Shown here in pieces: positions 9,240-19,225 of a stretch of DNA of 64,000 nt. The notes below the pieces were generated by a model. That model made no database searches. It was not told where the DNA came from and saw only the letters and a list, made by a program, of their open reading frames with translations. The position numbers and the translations under genes were made by a program. The stretch is from positions 1,824,001-1,888,000 of the forward strand of contig CAXXQS010000002.1 in the NCBI GenBank assembly GCA_963674735.2, given 5' to 3'. Position 1 is the first letter of the stretch. Each line of letters begins with the position of its first letter. This stretch comes from Myxococcota bacterium. GTDB lineage: Bacteria; Myxococcota_A; SURF-8.

Positions 9240-11375
9240 TTATAGATCCCGGTAACAGGTGGTCCGGTTGCGGCCGTTGCGTTTGGACTGATACAGGGCC
9301 ACATCGGATTTTTCCAGTAAATCTTCTTTCTTGCGCGTGTCGTCGGGGAAGACGGCCAAACCGGCGGAGGCGGTGATCTGGAATCGCCCCGATTCGGTTT
9401 CGAAGGCCAGTTCGCCGATCTGATCGCGCAGTTCCTCGGCCTTTCCGAAGGCCTGCTCGGCATCCGCGCCATCGAGCACCACCACGAATTCCTCCCCGCC
9501 CACGCGTGCCACCAGATCGATCTTGCGCATGGATTCACGCAGCACGCGCGATACGTCGCGTAGTACGATGTCGCCCACCGGGTGGCCGTAGGTGTCGTTG
9601 ACGCGCTTGAAGTGGTCGATATCCATCATGACGATGGCCAGCTTCTGTTCGTGGCGCTCCGCGCGCGACAGGATTTCGTCGATGCGCTCCTCGAAGTAGC
9701 GTTTGTTGTAAAGCTTGGTCAGGCCGTCGGTGGTGGCCATCTGTTCGAGCTGCTCCACCATGGTGGAGTTTTCCAGGCTGACGGCGATCTGGTTGGCGAT
9801 GATGCCGAAGATGTGCTGCAACTCTTCGGTGAAGAACTCGGGCTGTGAACTGACCATCACGAACGCGCCGGAGGTCTGGGCCATGACGTTGAGCGGCACC
9901 ACCAGAAGCGAGCGGACGTCGTTGAGACGCTCGTCCGGGGTAAAGATGGTGGGGCGTCGCGGCAGGTTGTCGAAACTCTGGTACACCAGCATCTGGTTGC
10001 GCCGCACCACCCAGTCCACCAGATTTTTTTCGCCCTCGAACACGGCGCTCAGCAGCCCGGCATTTTCGGGCCAGCAGGAGGCGATTTCGTATTCGTGCGG
10101 TTGGTCGCGCTTCATCACGATGGCCCCGAAATCGAAAGGCGCGATACGTTGCGTGGTGTCGAGCGCGGTCCGCAGCACGTCTTTGGTGCCCAGGGTTTTC
10201 GACAGCGCCTTGGAGGCCTCGGCCAGATGGTAATAGGCGTTCTGGTTTTTATCGAGGTTGCGCAGCAGGTCTTCGTTGACCATGGCGCGATGCACCTGTT
10301 TGGCGGCGATGGCCAGCACGTCCAGCTCCGCGTCGTCGAAGGGCCGTTCGTCGAGGCGGTCGACGACCAGCAGTCCCAGCACGTGTTCGTCGTTGAGGAT
10401 CGGCATGGCGCACACGGCCCGTACCTGTTCGTCCTGGCGGTAATAACCCAGTTGCCGTGCCGCCCAGGGGCCTCCGGCCAGACGCACCGGCTGACGCGAA
10501 CGCAAGGCCCCGTGCAGAATACCCAGGTCGGCCGAAAATTCGCCGTGCACCAGCAGGCGCGAGTCGGTGCAGGCTTCCACGTTCTTGAGAATGCGGCGTT
10601 CTTCGTCGTACCACATGACGGCGCAAGTGTAGGCTCTCAAGGCCAGGTATTGCTGGTTGAGGATGTCCTGGAGGACGTCGTGGATTTCGAAGTAAGCCGC
10701 CAGATCGTGCTTGCTGTCGTGGTTGAGTTCGGTCTGATCGGGTCGCGAAGTGTCGAGCAGGCGAAAACGGCGGGCTTCCTGCTTGATGTCGCCCATGATG
10801 CGCGCCAACTGGGTTTCGGCGCGTTGACCCTGCACGCCTTTGTCCAGGCGGCGCATCAGGGCGTTGAGCGAGCCGAACAACAGCAGAAACAGAATCTGGG
10901 CCGCCACTGCTCCGGGGCGTTCCATCAGCAACCCCTGCGCCAGCGGGACCAGAAGCGCCAATCCGCAGGCCAGCGCCAAAGCCACGGCCCCCGCCAGCGG
11001 TTGCAGAAAGACGGTCAGCACCGCTACCGCCAGATATAAAAGGGGCGTCATGGGCGAATCGAGGCCGCCGGTGATGGCGATCAGGACGAAAAAGAAAATC
11101 ACGACCAGGATGGCGGATTCCACCGAGCGGCGGCGTCCCAAACTCTCGCCGTTGGTGTGCACGTAGGCGTAGCCGAGATAAGCCAGCCGTCCCATCGGAT
11201 ACAGCAAAAAGACGGCGGCCGCCGCGAGCGCCAGCGGACCTTCCGGGCGGCCCGAAATCACGCCGCCGATCAACAGAATCGCCGCGACGAGCGCCAGCCC
11301 GAACGACAGGCCACGCTCCAGCCACACTCGGAGGGGAGGGGTTGTTTTTCCCGGATTCCGCTTTGCGTCCATCAA
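9240..11375 (-). CDS. Membrane-bound diguanylate cyclase with two GAF domains
   Basis: N-terminal TM helices, two GAF-like segments, TDGLTKLYN, DIDHFK.VNDTYGH..GD, I-site RKID and active-site GGEEF. Confidence 0.93.
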   Translation of the reverse strand: MMDAKRNPGKTTPPLRVWLERGLSFGLALVAAILLIGGVISGRPEGPLALAAAAVFLLYPMGRLAYLGYAYVHTNGESLGRRRSVESAILVVIFFFVLIAITGGLDSPMTPLLYLAVAVLTVFLQPLAGAVALALACGLALLVPLAQGLLMERPGAVAAQILFLLLFGSLNALMRRLDKGVQGQRAETQLARIMGDIKQEARRFRLLDTSRPDQTELNHDSKHDLAAYFEIHDVLQDILNQQYLALRAYTCAVMWYDEERRILKNVEACTDSRLLVHGEFSADLGILHGALRSRQPVRLAGGPWAARQLGYYRQDEQVRAVCAMPILNDEHVLGLLVVDRLDERPFDDAELDVLAIAAKQVHRAMVNEDLLRNLDKNQNAYYHLAEASKALSKTLGTKDVLRTALDTTQRIAPFDFGAIVMKRDQPHEYEIASCWPENAGLLSAVFEGEKNLVDWVVRRNQMLVYQSFDNLPRRPTIFTPDERLNDVRSLLVVPLNVMAQTSGAFVMVSSQPEFFTEELQHIFGIIANQIAVSLENSTMVEQLEQMATTDGLTKLYNKRYFEERIDEILSRAERHEQKLAIVMMDIDHFKRVNDTYGHPVGDIVLRDVSRVLRESMRKIDLVARVGGEEFVVVLDGADAEQAFGKAEELRDQIGELAFETESGRFQITASAGLAVFPDDTRKKEDLLEKSDVALYQSKRNGRNRTTCYRDL

Positions 11376-11379
11376 GTTC

Positions 11380-12222
11380 TCACTTCTCTTTCATCATCGG
11401 GTTGTGTGACGGGTCGCGATCCCAGCGCATTGCCGCATAGCCCACCACGTAATCGCGACGGCCCGAAACGTCGGCGCTGGTGGTGTAGGCCACCTCCGTT
11501 GCGTGAACGGCTCCCAGCGCGCGGGCGGCGACCATCGCCGCGGTGGCGGGCAGCACGCCGCACATGGTGATGTCGTGACGCGTCACCGTATCATAAAGCC
11601 CTTCCGGGTCCAAGGCCTGCAGCTTTTCGCGGGCCTGTTCGTCGTGGCGCAGTACGCGGTTGTAATCCGATTCGTGGCTCATGTCACTCGACGCCACGAT
11701 CAGGGTTTCGTCGGATTGGCGGCGGATGACCTCGGTCAGCGCCAGCGCCAGATCGCGTGTTTCCTCGAAAGCGAGACGCCCCAGCCGAAGCGGCACGATG
11801 CGGACGGCCGGATTGCGTGCTTTGAGAAACGGCAGCTGAATTTCGATGCTGTGTTCGTCCATATGGGCGGCGGGGTCCGCCTCGATCAGAGGCGATTCGT
11901 CAAGCAGCGCGGCGGCGAAAGCGGCGTCCACCGGCAGCGCGCCCAGGGGAGTCCGCCAATGTCCGTCCGGCCACAAGGCCGCCCGCGCGCCCCCGGCCCG
12001 GTGTTGCGGACACAAAAGCACCACGCGCTCGGGGATCACCACCTGGGCGTAGAGCGCACCGGCGGTGGGCCCGGAAAAGCTCCAGCCCGCGTGGGGGACC
12101 ATCACCGCGGTGGCCGGGGTCGGTGCGGCACGGCCGGTCAGATAGCGGTCGAGTTCGCGGCGCGCGGCCGTTTCTTCGATCGGGTACCATCCCTGCTGGG
12201 CGAAAATGGGATCGCGTTGCAT
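11380..12222 (-). CDS. amrB: MEMO1-family protein (AmmeMemoRadiSam system protein B)
   Basis: PHAGW.FSG, EHSIE.QLPFL, SSDMSH, MCG and VVGY motifs. Start set at MQRDP after AAAGGA. Confidence 0.88.
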   Translation of the reverse strand: MQRDPIFAQQGWYPIEETAARRELDRYLTGRAAPTPATAVMVPHAGWSFSGPTAGALYAQVVIPERVVLLCPQHRAGGARAALWPDGHWRTPLGALPVDAAFAAALLDESPLIEADPAAHMDEHSIEIQLPFLKARNPAVRIVPLRLGRLAFEETRDLALALTEVIRRQSDETLIVASSDMSHESDYNRVLRHDEQAREKLQALDPEGLYDTVTRHDITMCGVLPATAAMVAARALGAVHATEVAYTTSADVSGRRDYVVGYAAMRWDRDPSHNPMMKEK

Positions 12223-12244
12223 GGCGGTTCCTTTTTCGTTGTGT

Positions 12245-12655
12245 TTATTGCTCCTGAGTCGCGATGGCCAGACGGGCGAAGCCGGCCGCCTTGGCGGCAT
12301 CCATCACCTTGACCACCAGTCCGTGAAACACCTCTTCATCGGCCTGCACGATCACCGTTGCATTCGGCGAATCGGCGACTTTCGATTCCAGAATCGCCGC
12401 CAGTTCTTCGAGCGTTACCGGCTTGTGTTCGAAAACGATACTCCCCATGTCATCCACCGCTACCACAATATCGCTGGGTTGGATCATCGTGTCGGAGGCC
12501 GAAGCCTTGGGCAGATTGACATCCAGACCCGGACTGTTGACGAAGGTGGTGGTGATCATGAAAAAGATCAGCAGCAAAAACACCACGTCGATCAGCGGGG
12601 TGACATCCACCAGGATGTCGATGCGGCGGCGGTTTCGTTCGCTCTTGAAATCCAT
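12245..12655 (-). CDS. exbD: ExbD/TolR family biopolymer transport protein
   Basis: VTPLIDVVFLLLIFFM, LPKA and ADEEV.HG.VV.VMD. Start set at MDFKS. Confidence 0.92.
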   Translation of the reverse strand: MDFKSERNRRRIDILVDVTPLIDVVFLLLIFFMITTTFVNSPGLDVNLPKASASDTMIQPSDIVVAVDDMGSIVFEHKPVTLEELAAILESKVADSPNATVIVQADEEVFHGLVVKVMDAAKAAGFARLAIATQEQ

Positions 12656-12656
12656 G

Positions 12657-13262
12657 TTACGGTCGCTCCGACAGCCGGTCGGCCAGGTCCAACGACACTT
12701 CTTCCATTTCCAGAACCAGTTGATCCACCCGGCCCAGCAGGTAGCGATAGGCCATGTAGGCGGGGATGGCCACCACCAGTCCGGCGGCGGTGGTGATGAG
12801 CGCCTCCCAGATGCCCGAGGCCAATACACGCGGATCGCCGACGCCTTCGGTGGTGACTTTCTGGAAGACCTCGATCATGCCGGTGACGGTGCCCAGAAGC
12901 CCCATCAGCGGACTCACCGAGGCGATGGTGCCCAGCGCGTTGACGTAGCGTTCCAGGTCGGCCGCCACGGATTTTCCGGCTTCCTCCATCAGTTCCTTGA
13001 GACGGTCGCGCGATTTATTGGCATGCTTGAGTCCGGCGATCAAAATTACCGAGACGGCGCTGGGGTTTTCTTCGCACAGGACTTCCGCTTCGCTGACCTT
13101 GTTTTCCGTGGCCAGATCGCGCACGCGCTCCACCAGCCGCATGGGAACGATGCGGTCGTGCCGGAGCGACCACAGCCGCTCGAACAGAATCGCCAGGGCG
13201 AAAACGCCTCCGGCGGCGATGAAGTACATCAGCGGCCCACCCTTGACCATGACATCCAGCAT
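12657..13262 (-). CDS. exbB: ExbB/TolQ/MotA proton channel protein
   Basis: SPLMGLLGTVTGMI..F and GIWEALITTAAGL.VAIP. Confidence 0.92.
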   Translation of the reverse strand: MLDVMVKGGPLMYFIAAGGVFALAILFERLWSLRHDRIVPMRLVERVRDLATENKVSEAEVLCEENPSAVSVILIAGLKHANKSRDRLKELMEEAGKSVAADLERYVNALGTIASVSPLMGLLGTVTGMIEVFQKVTTEGVGDPRVLASGIWEALITTAAGLVVAIPAYMAYRYLLGRVDQLVLEMEEVSLDLADRLSERP

Positions 13263-13282
13263 TCCGACTCCTTACATGCGGA

Positions 13283-13894
13283 TCAACGCAGCCGTCGATC
13301 CACGTCCGCTTCGAGATCCTTGAGTTTGATTGCGCCCAGATAGCCTTTTTCGAGCCGTCCCTGCGGATCGATCAGCAGGGTGACGGGAAATTCCTTGATA
13401 AAGCCATACGGGGTTTCACCCGTGGCGGTTTTTCCGGCCGCGAGATAGACCGGGTAATGGATGCCCAATTGTTCGACGAAGGCTTCCACCAGAACGGCGC
13501 CGTTTTTGTCGAGCGAGACCCCCACCACTTCCAGGCCTTGTGCGTGATAGCGTTGGTACAGTTTTTCGATACGCGGCATCAAAAACTGACTGGGGGTGGC
13601 CCAGGTGGCGAAAAAGTCGATCAACAGCCACCTTCCGGCATAGTTTTTCAGGTTTACCGAATAGCCCTGTAGATCGACCAACATCAGTTGCCCCGGTAAA
13701 TATTCCCCCGAAATCGATCCGGCCCGACGTCCCGGTACGCGGTCGGGTTCGTCGGTGAGCCCCAGCCGCTGGGCCAGTTCCTCGGAACTCGGACCCGGTC
13801 GGCGCAGGCCGCGCCGAGGCTCGGTAGAGCGGCAGGCCGTGGTCAACAGCAACACCGCCAGTACACCGATCATGATAAGACCCGATATCCGCAT
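13283..13894 (-). CDS. TlpA/ResA-like thioredoxin-fold lipoprotein lacking CxxC
   Basis: Lipobox TTAC; G.WLLIDFFATW-ATPS; GLEVVGVSLD; FP.TLLIDPQGR. Confidence 0.8.
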   Translation of the reverse strand: MRISGLIMIGVLAVLLLTTACRSTEPRRGLRRPGPSSEELAQRLGLTDEPDRVPGRRAGSISGEYLPGQLMLVDLQGYSVNLKNYAGRWLLIDFFATWATPSQFLMPRIEKLYQRYHAQGLEVVGVSLDKNGAVLVEAFVEQLGIHYPVYLAAGKTATGETPYGFIKEFPVTLLIDPQGRLEKGYLGAIKLKDLEADVDRRLR

Positions 13895-14039
13895 GCCCTC
13901 TCTCCGTACCCATGAAGGACGAATATCATAGCATATCGTAACAGAGCCTGCCGCTTTTTTGCCGCTTTCCGGGCCGGGGGGTGGACGCAGCGCTTATCGC
14001 TTTGTTTTCACACGGGTTTGAACGGTTTCGGGCCTGCGC

Positions 14040-15680
14040 CTAAACGCCGGTTTTGAGGAAGAGGGTGAACACGCTGCCGCGACCCGGTCGGCTGTCGAGC
14101 ACGATGTCGCCGCCCATGCGGATCAGCACGTCGCGCACGAACGAAAGCCCCAGTCCCGAGCCTTTACCGGCGGTTTTGGTGGTGTAGAACATCTTGAACA
14201 GGCGCGCCTGTTCGTCTTCGGAAATGCCGCGTCCGTTGTCTTGAAAGGCCAGTCCGGCGAAGCCGGGACGGCTGGTGTCGAGAGCGAGGGACAGCCGTCG
14301 GTCGTCGCGCGGGGTTTCGGCGAGTTCGTCGATGGCGTTTTCGATCAGGTTTTTGATAACCTCGATCAGCAGCACCCTATCGGCGCTCACCGGCGGCAGG
14401 CGGTCGAGGCCCGGCCAATCGACGGCGATGGTGATGGGCGCGGCGAAGTCGTCGAAGAGCGCGAGGGCGGACTCGACGGCGGGTCGCAGCGGTTGGGTTT
14501 CGATGTTGAGCGGGCGCGGTTTCATCATGCCGATGGCCGATTCCAGGTATTCCACGTTGCGGCGGATCACCTCCACCGGGTCGCGGCGGCTTTCTGCGGC
14601 CGGGCGGATGCGTCCGAGCTGACGCTTCAGGGTGGCGATGGGACCGGCCATGGAGTGAAACCCGACCCGGAAGAGCTTTTCCATGCGGCCCACGACTTTA
14701 ACGAAGTTTGTGAGTTCACACAGGATTTCTTCGTCTTCCGCACTGAACGCACCGGGTTCGGGGCTTTCGACGTTAAGGATGTGGGTGACCGAGCCGCCCT
14801 GCAAAACCGGCACCGCCAGCTCGCTTCCCTGCAGATTGCCCAGGCGGTCGTCGTAGCGGCCTTCGCGTCGCAAAACGGAGATATCCGGTACATTGACGGG
14901 TTTGCCCGAGTGGGCCGCCGCGCCGCTGACCGATTTTTCGGGCGGAACGTCGGGGCGGGCGAGGTCGTCGGGATGGGTGGAGGCCACGATGGTCAGGTGG
15001 TCGGTGGCGACATCGTAGGTGAGAATCTGTCCGAAGGCGGCATCGGTGAGGTCGCAGACGGTGCGCACCAGGGCACCGTAGACGCCGCCGGGCGAGCCGA
15101 TGGAGTCGGCCAGCGCGCCGCTCATGTGCAGCAGTTGGCGTTGCCGTTCGGAGACGATCACCGCCGCCGCCGCCCCGGTGGCCAGAAATTCCAGTATCTC
15201 CAGGTGGGTTTCGTCGAAGGCGTCCGGGCGCGTGTTTTCGTAGTTCACGACCCCCAAAATGCGGCTGCCCGCGTAAAGCGGCACGGTGATTTCAGCGCGT
15301 TGTTTTGGGAAAACCGCCAGGTAATGGCGCGCGGCCGGGTGGCTGTCGGGCTTGGCGATATCCGGGACGACCGCCGCCTGGCGGTTGGCCACGACCCAGC
15401 CGCACACGCCGTTGGCGAGCGCCAGTTTCACGCCCACGTCTTCGGGATCGGTGGAGGCCACGATCTCGAACTGCCCGCCGCGAATCAGCAAAAACTGCCC
15501 GATGGTGTCGGCGGGCATGAGTTGGCGCACTTCTTCGATGATGGTGTCGAGAATGGCGGCCTGGCTGAGACTGCTGGACGCCAGCATCTCGTTCATGCGG
15601 TTCAGAATATGATTGACCTGTCCCACCGCGTGCAGCAATTCCGTCGCGCGGCCGATCAGGCTTTTTGCGGGACCATTCAT
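14040..15680 (-). CDS. Cytoplasmic GAF-GAF sensor histidine kinase
   Basis: Two GAF domains, putative H-box FHSMAGP, N-box NLIENAID, G1 DNGRGI, F-box LFKMFYTTK and G2 GSGLGL. Confidence 0.9.
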   Translation of the reverse strand: MNGPAKSLIGRATELLHAVGQVNHILNRMNEMLASSSLSQAAILDTIIEEVRQLMPADTIGQFLLIRGGQFEIVASTDPEDVGVKLALANGVCGWVVANRQAAVVPDIAKPDSHPAARHYLAVFPKQRAEITVPLYAGSRILGVVNYENTRPDAFDETHLEILEFLATGAAAAVIVSERQRQLLHMSGALADSIGSPGGVYGALVRTVCDLTDAAFGQILTYDVATDHLTIVASTHPDDLARPDVPPEKSVSGAAAHSGKPVNVPDISVLRREGRYDDRLGNLQGSELAVPVLQGGSVTHILNVESPEPGAFSAEDEEILCELTNFVKVVGRMEKLFRVGFHSMAGPIATLKRQLGRIRPAAESRRDPVEVIRRNVEYLESAIGMMKPRPLNIETQPLRPAVESALALFDDFAAPITIAVDWPGLDRLPPVSADRVLLIEVIKNLIENAIDELAETPRDDRRLSLALDTSRPGFAGLAFQDNGRGISEDEQARLFKMFYTTKTAGKGSGLGLSFVRDVLIRMGGDIVLDSRPGRGSVFTLFLKTGV

Positions 15681-15732
15681 GGCGTTATCTCCCTGCGACC
15701 GCAGCCTGCGGCTTGCGCCGGGCGGTCGTTTG

Positions 15733-16188
15733 TCAGTCGCCCCATTCGTTGGAGGGCGGGAAGGGCATGCGGGCCAGACGCTGTTTGGCGTCTTGGGCGC
15801 GTAAAACGGCCTCGGACACGACGCGCAGCAACTCGCTGTCGTCGGTTTCCAGCTTACTCAGATAAACGGCTCCCTGGCCGCTCATCCGGGTGGCGCGTTT
15901 GATCGAGGGCAGGCTGGTGAGGATAATGGCCTGGGTGGCCGGATAGTGTTCGCCGATATGCCGATAAAGCTCTTCACCGGCGAAATCACTCATCTTTCCA
16001 GTGAAGTCGGGCATGGTCATATCGATGACGGCGACGGCATAGTCGCCGGTTTTGAGCTGTTCGCGGGCCGCGTCTCCCCCGGCGGCGCTGTCGATCGGGT
16101 ACCCGAGTTCGGTCAGTGCTTCTTGATAGTCCGCGCGCACGTCCGCATCATCATCCACCACCAGCAACCGCCATTTGGGCTCGTTCAT
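15733..16188 (-). CDS. Single-domain response regulator
   Basis: LLVVDDD, phospho-acceptor DMTMPD, LTS and YLSK. Start set at MNEPK after GGAGG. Confidence 0.88.
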   Translation of the reverse strand: MNEPKWRLLVVDDDADVRADYQEALTELGYPIDSAAGGDAAREQLKTGDYAVAVIDMTMPDFTGKMSDFAGEELYRHIGEHYPATQAIILTSLPSIKRATRMSGQGAVYLSKLETDDSELLRVVSEAVLRAQDAKQRLARMPFPPSNEWGD

Positions 16189-16458
16189 GTCCGCCTCCAT
16201 TGCCACTGTCATCAGGGTCTTTTATGCTAGCACTCCCACTCGGTTGCGGCAACCGCATTTTGCAGGTCGGCGCGCAAGGAAAAGTGAGAGTCGGGTATCT
16301 TAACGGGATTATTGAGAAAATCGGCATGGGGGCCGCTTTCGAATCCCGGGTCTTTTAGGTACCAATTTCTTTACATTCGGGGGGGACGCTCCTATAATGA
16401 ACCGTTTTTCTTTCGGTGGATGGATTGAAACCTCCGTGTCGGTAAGGACAAAACTGAC

Positions 16459-17349
16459 GTGAAACGCGATGTGAAAAAGCTGGAACGGAAGACGCGCTAC
16501 CTGATGAAGGAAGCGGGCCGCATTTTACGAAAGTGGCGCAAAAAACTGACCGCGGCGCAGCTCGAACCGCTGGCGCTGGCCATGCTCGGGTATCGTCAGG
16601 CGCTGGAGGACGACGATCCGGTGGCGTTGAACCAGGCGGCCAAGCATCTCGAACATCTGCTCGACGGCGAGTTCGCCTTCGCCCGTAAAAGCGGCCTGCG
16701 CGATTGGGCGGAGTCGCTCGGTATCGCGTTGATGATCGCGTTGTTCTTGCGCGCGTTCGTTCTGGAGGCGTTTAAAATTCCGTCCGGCTCCATGATTCCC
16801 ACCTTGCAGGTGGGCGACCATATTTTCGTCAACAAATTCACCTACGGCATTCGCCTGCCGGTGGTGGGCAAGCGCATCGTACAATGGGCGCAGCCCGAAC
16901 GCGGTGACGTGATCGTGTTCGCCTATCCCCACGATCCCGACAAGGATTACATCAAGCGGGTGATCGGCATTCCCGGCGACCGCATCATCGTGGACGGCCA
17001 GGACGTGTATGTCAACGGCGAGCGCATCATTCAGAGCGATGCTTCTCCTTATACTTATGTGGATGAGAACAGCGGCGATCATCGCCAGTGCCTGCGCCAT
17101 CAGGCGGTGCTCGGCAACGCCCAGTTCACGACCATCTACGATCCGTCGCGCCGTCATCCGGTGGCGGAATATCGCGTGAAGGCCAAGCACCTGTTCGTCA
17201 TGGGCGACAATCGCGACAACAGCGCCGACAGCCGCACCTGGGGGCAGGTTCCCTTCGACAACATCAAAGGGCGCGCCCTGGTGGTCTGGTGGTCCTATTC
17301 GGGCCGCAGCGGCGTTCGGCGCGACCGCATCGGCCACCTGATCGACTGA
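16459..17349 (+). CDS. lepB: Signal peptidase I
   Basis: IPSGSMIPTL.VGD (catalytic Ser), YIKRVIG.PGD (catalytic Lys) and MGDNRDNSADSR. Confidence 0.96.
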   Translation: MKRDVKKLERKTRYLMKEAGRILRKWRKKLTAAQLEPLALAMLGYRQALEDDDPVALNQAAKHLEHLLDGEFAFARKSGLRDWAESLGIALMIALFLRAFVLEAFKIPSGSMIPTLQVGDHIFVNKFTYGIRLPVVGKRIVQWAQPERGDVIVFAYPHDPDKDYIKRVIGIPGDRIIVDGQDVYVNGERIIQSDASPYTYVDENSGDHRQCLRHQAVLGNAQFTTIYDPSRRHPVAEYRVKAKHLFVMGDNRDNSADSRTWGQVPFDNIKGRALVVWWSYSGRSGVRRDRIGHLID

Positions 17350-17353
17350 CGCC

Positions 17354-18148
17354 ATGGCCACTCGCCGCGCCGCCGCCGACTCGCAATTGGCGTTGCCGCT
17401 TCCCCGGCGACGCAAAGCCGCCGCGCGGGCGGACGCCGGTCTTCCCGAACCCACCCTGGAGCAGAAACGGCATTTTCAACGCATCCTCGATCGTGAAGCG
17501 CAGCGGCCCTGGCGCGTGATCTGGACCAACAATCGCAGCACCATGATTTCGTATCGGCGCGACCGGCAGCCGCCCGTTTTGCGGCTGCATCGCCTGTTCG
17601 CCGTCGCGCCCGAATCGGTTTGGGTGGGGATCGTGCATACCATCGAGGGCCGTCGACGCGGCTGGCCCGCGGCGGTGGACCGCTTGATCGCCGCGCACAT
17701 CGACCGCATACGCGCCGCCGCGGAGCGTCGCCACGCTCCGCTACGCCCGCAGGGCGCGGTCTACGACCTGACGGCGCTTTTGGCCAAGTTGAACAAGGCG
17801 TACTTCCAAAAACGCATTCACGCGCGTGTGGGTTGGATGTCGGCTCCGTCGCGGCGGCAGGTGTCGGTGAAACTGGGCAGTTACGCGGAGGAGAGCGACA
17901 CCATTCGGTTGCATCCGGTTTTGGATCAGCGGCAGGTGCCCGCCTACGTGGTGGAGTCGGTGCTGTTCCACGAGATGGTGCATGCGCTATTGAAGACGCG
18001 TATGGTTAATGGAAGGCGCATTGCCCACGGGCGCGACTTCAAGGCGCTGGAGGCGTCGTACCCCAAGCTGGAGCAGGCGGAACGCTGGCTGGAACAGCAT
18101 CAGGCCTTGCTGATGCGCGGAGCGCCGCGTCGTCGCAAAACGGGGTGA
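17354..18148 (+). CDS. SprT-like zinc metallopeptidase domain protein
   Basis: LN..YF, LGSY, HEMVH (HExxH) and H...F third-ligand motif. Confidence 0.8.
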   Translation: MATRRAAADSQLALPLPRRRKAAARADAGLPEPTLEQKRHFQRILDREAQRPWRVIWTNNRSTMISYRRDRQPPVLRLHRLFAVAPESVWVGIVHTIEGRRRGWPAAVDRLIAAHIDRIRAAAERRHAPLRPQGAVYDLTALLAKLNKAYFQKRIHARVGWMSAPSRRQVSVKLGSYAEESDTIRLHPVLDQRQVPAYVVESVLFHEMVHALLKTRMVNGRRIAHGRDFKALEASYPKLEQAERWLEQHQALLMRGAPRRRKTG

Positions 18149-18729
18149 AGGGTGGAAGACCTGTTTGCGCTCGATGCGTCGGATGCGCGGTTGTGTCGCC
18201 CGGCCCGTTTCGTCGCGGATTCGCTTGCTGCGCGTTATGCGCCGTTTTTTCGCTCCCTTTTGGCCTGCGTGTTTTCCGGCAGGATGAAATCCGATAGGAA
18301 AACCGAGAATGCCGTAATACGTCACACCTAAGACGGGGGTCCGTGCGCCGGGCTGGATCGGCGGTGCATCGGGAACCGGAGTCACTGCGGGTTGGAAACG
18401 CGTGATAGCCCTGTGAATAAAGAACAAATCGTGTTCGGGCTCTGCGACTTCCGGGTGGGCGTGACGGTGTCATAATCAGTCAAATGATGAAAAGGGGAGG
18501 AATCGTAAGGTATAGCTAGAATAGTATATTGAATAGAAAACTTAGGATCGCCAAAGTAGGTGTTGTATCTCGTTGAAATAACAGGGAAATCCCGTATATG
18601 ACGAAGACGTCGTGGAGATGGCCGGGGAGAAGACGGGCGAAGTCGGTAGAAACAGACCCGATATCAGGGGCTTACGCAGACTACCCCCCCCGGATTATCG
18701 CTGTTTCGGGCGGGTGGAGAAGCGGCGCG

Positions 18730-19062
18730 TCAGGTCTGCGGCGGTTTATCCGCATCCACCAGCGGCTCCAACTCGACCAGCGTTGCGCCCCAGCTTCCCG
18801 CGCCTTGGCCGCCCAACTCGAAATGACGCACGTAAGGCAGCCGTTCCAGCAGCGCCTGCACGCCGCGACGCAGCACGCCCTTGCCCTTGCCGTGCACCAC
18901 GCGCACCTGCAGAATGCCGCGCTCGCGGCAGGCCATGAGGTAATCGGGCAACAGTTCCTTCACCTCGGCGGGGCGAAAGGTGTGCAGGTCCAGTTCGCCG
19001 TTGATGGGGATTTCCACCGTTTCCGGTTCCCAGAACTCATCGTCGGGGGGATCGTAGGGCAC
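18730..19062 (-). CDS. Stand-alone Smr/MutS2 domain protein
   Basis: LDLH, VRVVHGKG.GVLR and G.WGAT. Probable GTG start at 19062 after AAGGA. Confidence 0.9.
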   Translation of the reverse strand: MPYDPPDDEFWEPETVEIPINGELDLHTFRPAEVKELLPDYLMACRERGILQVRVVHGKGKGVLRRGVQALLERLPYVRHFELGGQGAGSWGATLVELEPLVDADKPPQT

Positions 19063-19225
19063 GTTGTAATCCTTTACAAAGCCGGACGGGAGCTTGGTTC
19101 CAGCGGAAGGGCTTCTTGAGTCGGCAAGAATGAAGATGGGCAACAAGTTGCCCCTCCTTCCCTGGAAAAAACAGAAAGGCTCCGTGTTGGAGCGCGTCTC
19201 CGTCGGGTTCCGGCATCGGCACCGT

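Noticed and set aside
13589-13603. Possible selenocysteine at the TlpA active site
   Set aside because: The codons are GCC ACC CCC AGT; there is no in-frame TGA.
18465-18492. dif-like sequence CGGTGTCATAA-TCAGTC-AAATGATGAAA
   Set aside because: The XerD arm matches TTATGTTAAAT at only about half its positions, too weak to call.
18412-18600. Possible oriC (DnaA box plus AT-rich tract)
   Set aside because: Only one DnaA-box-like 9-mer was seen, and there are no dnaA, dnaN, gidA or parAB genes nearby.
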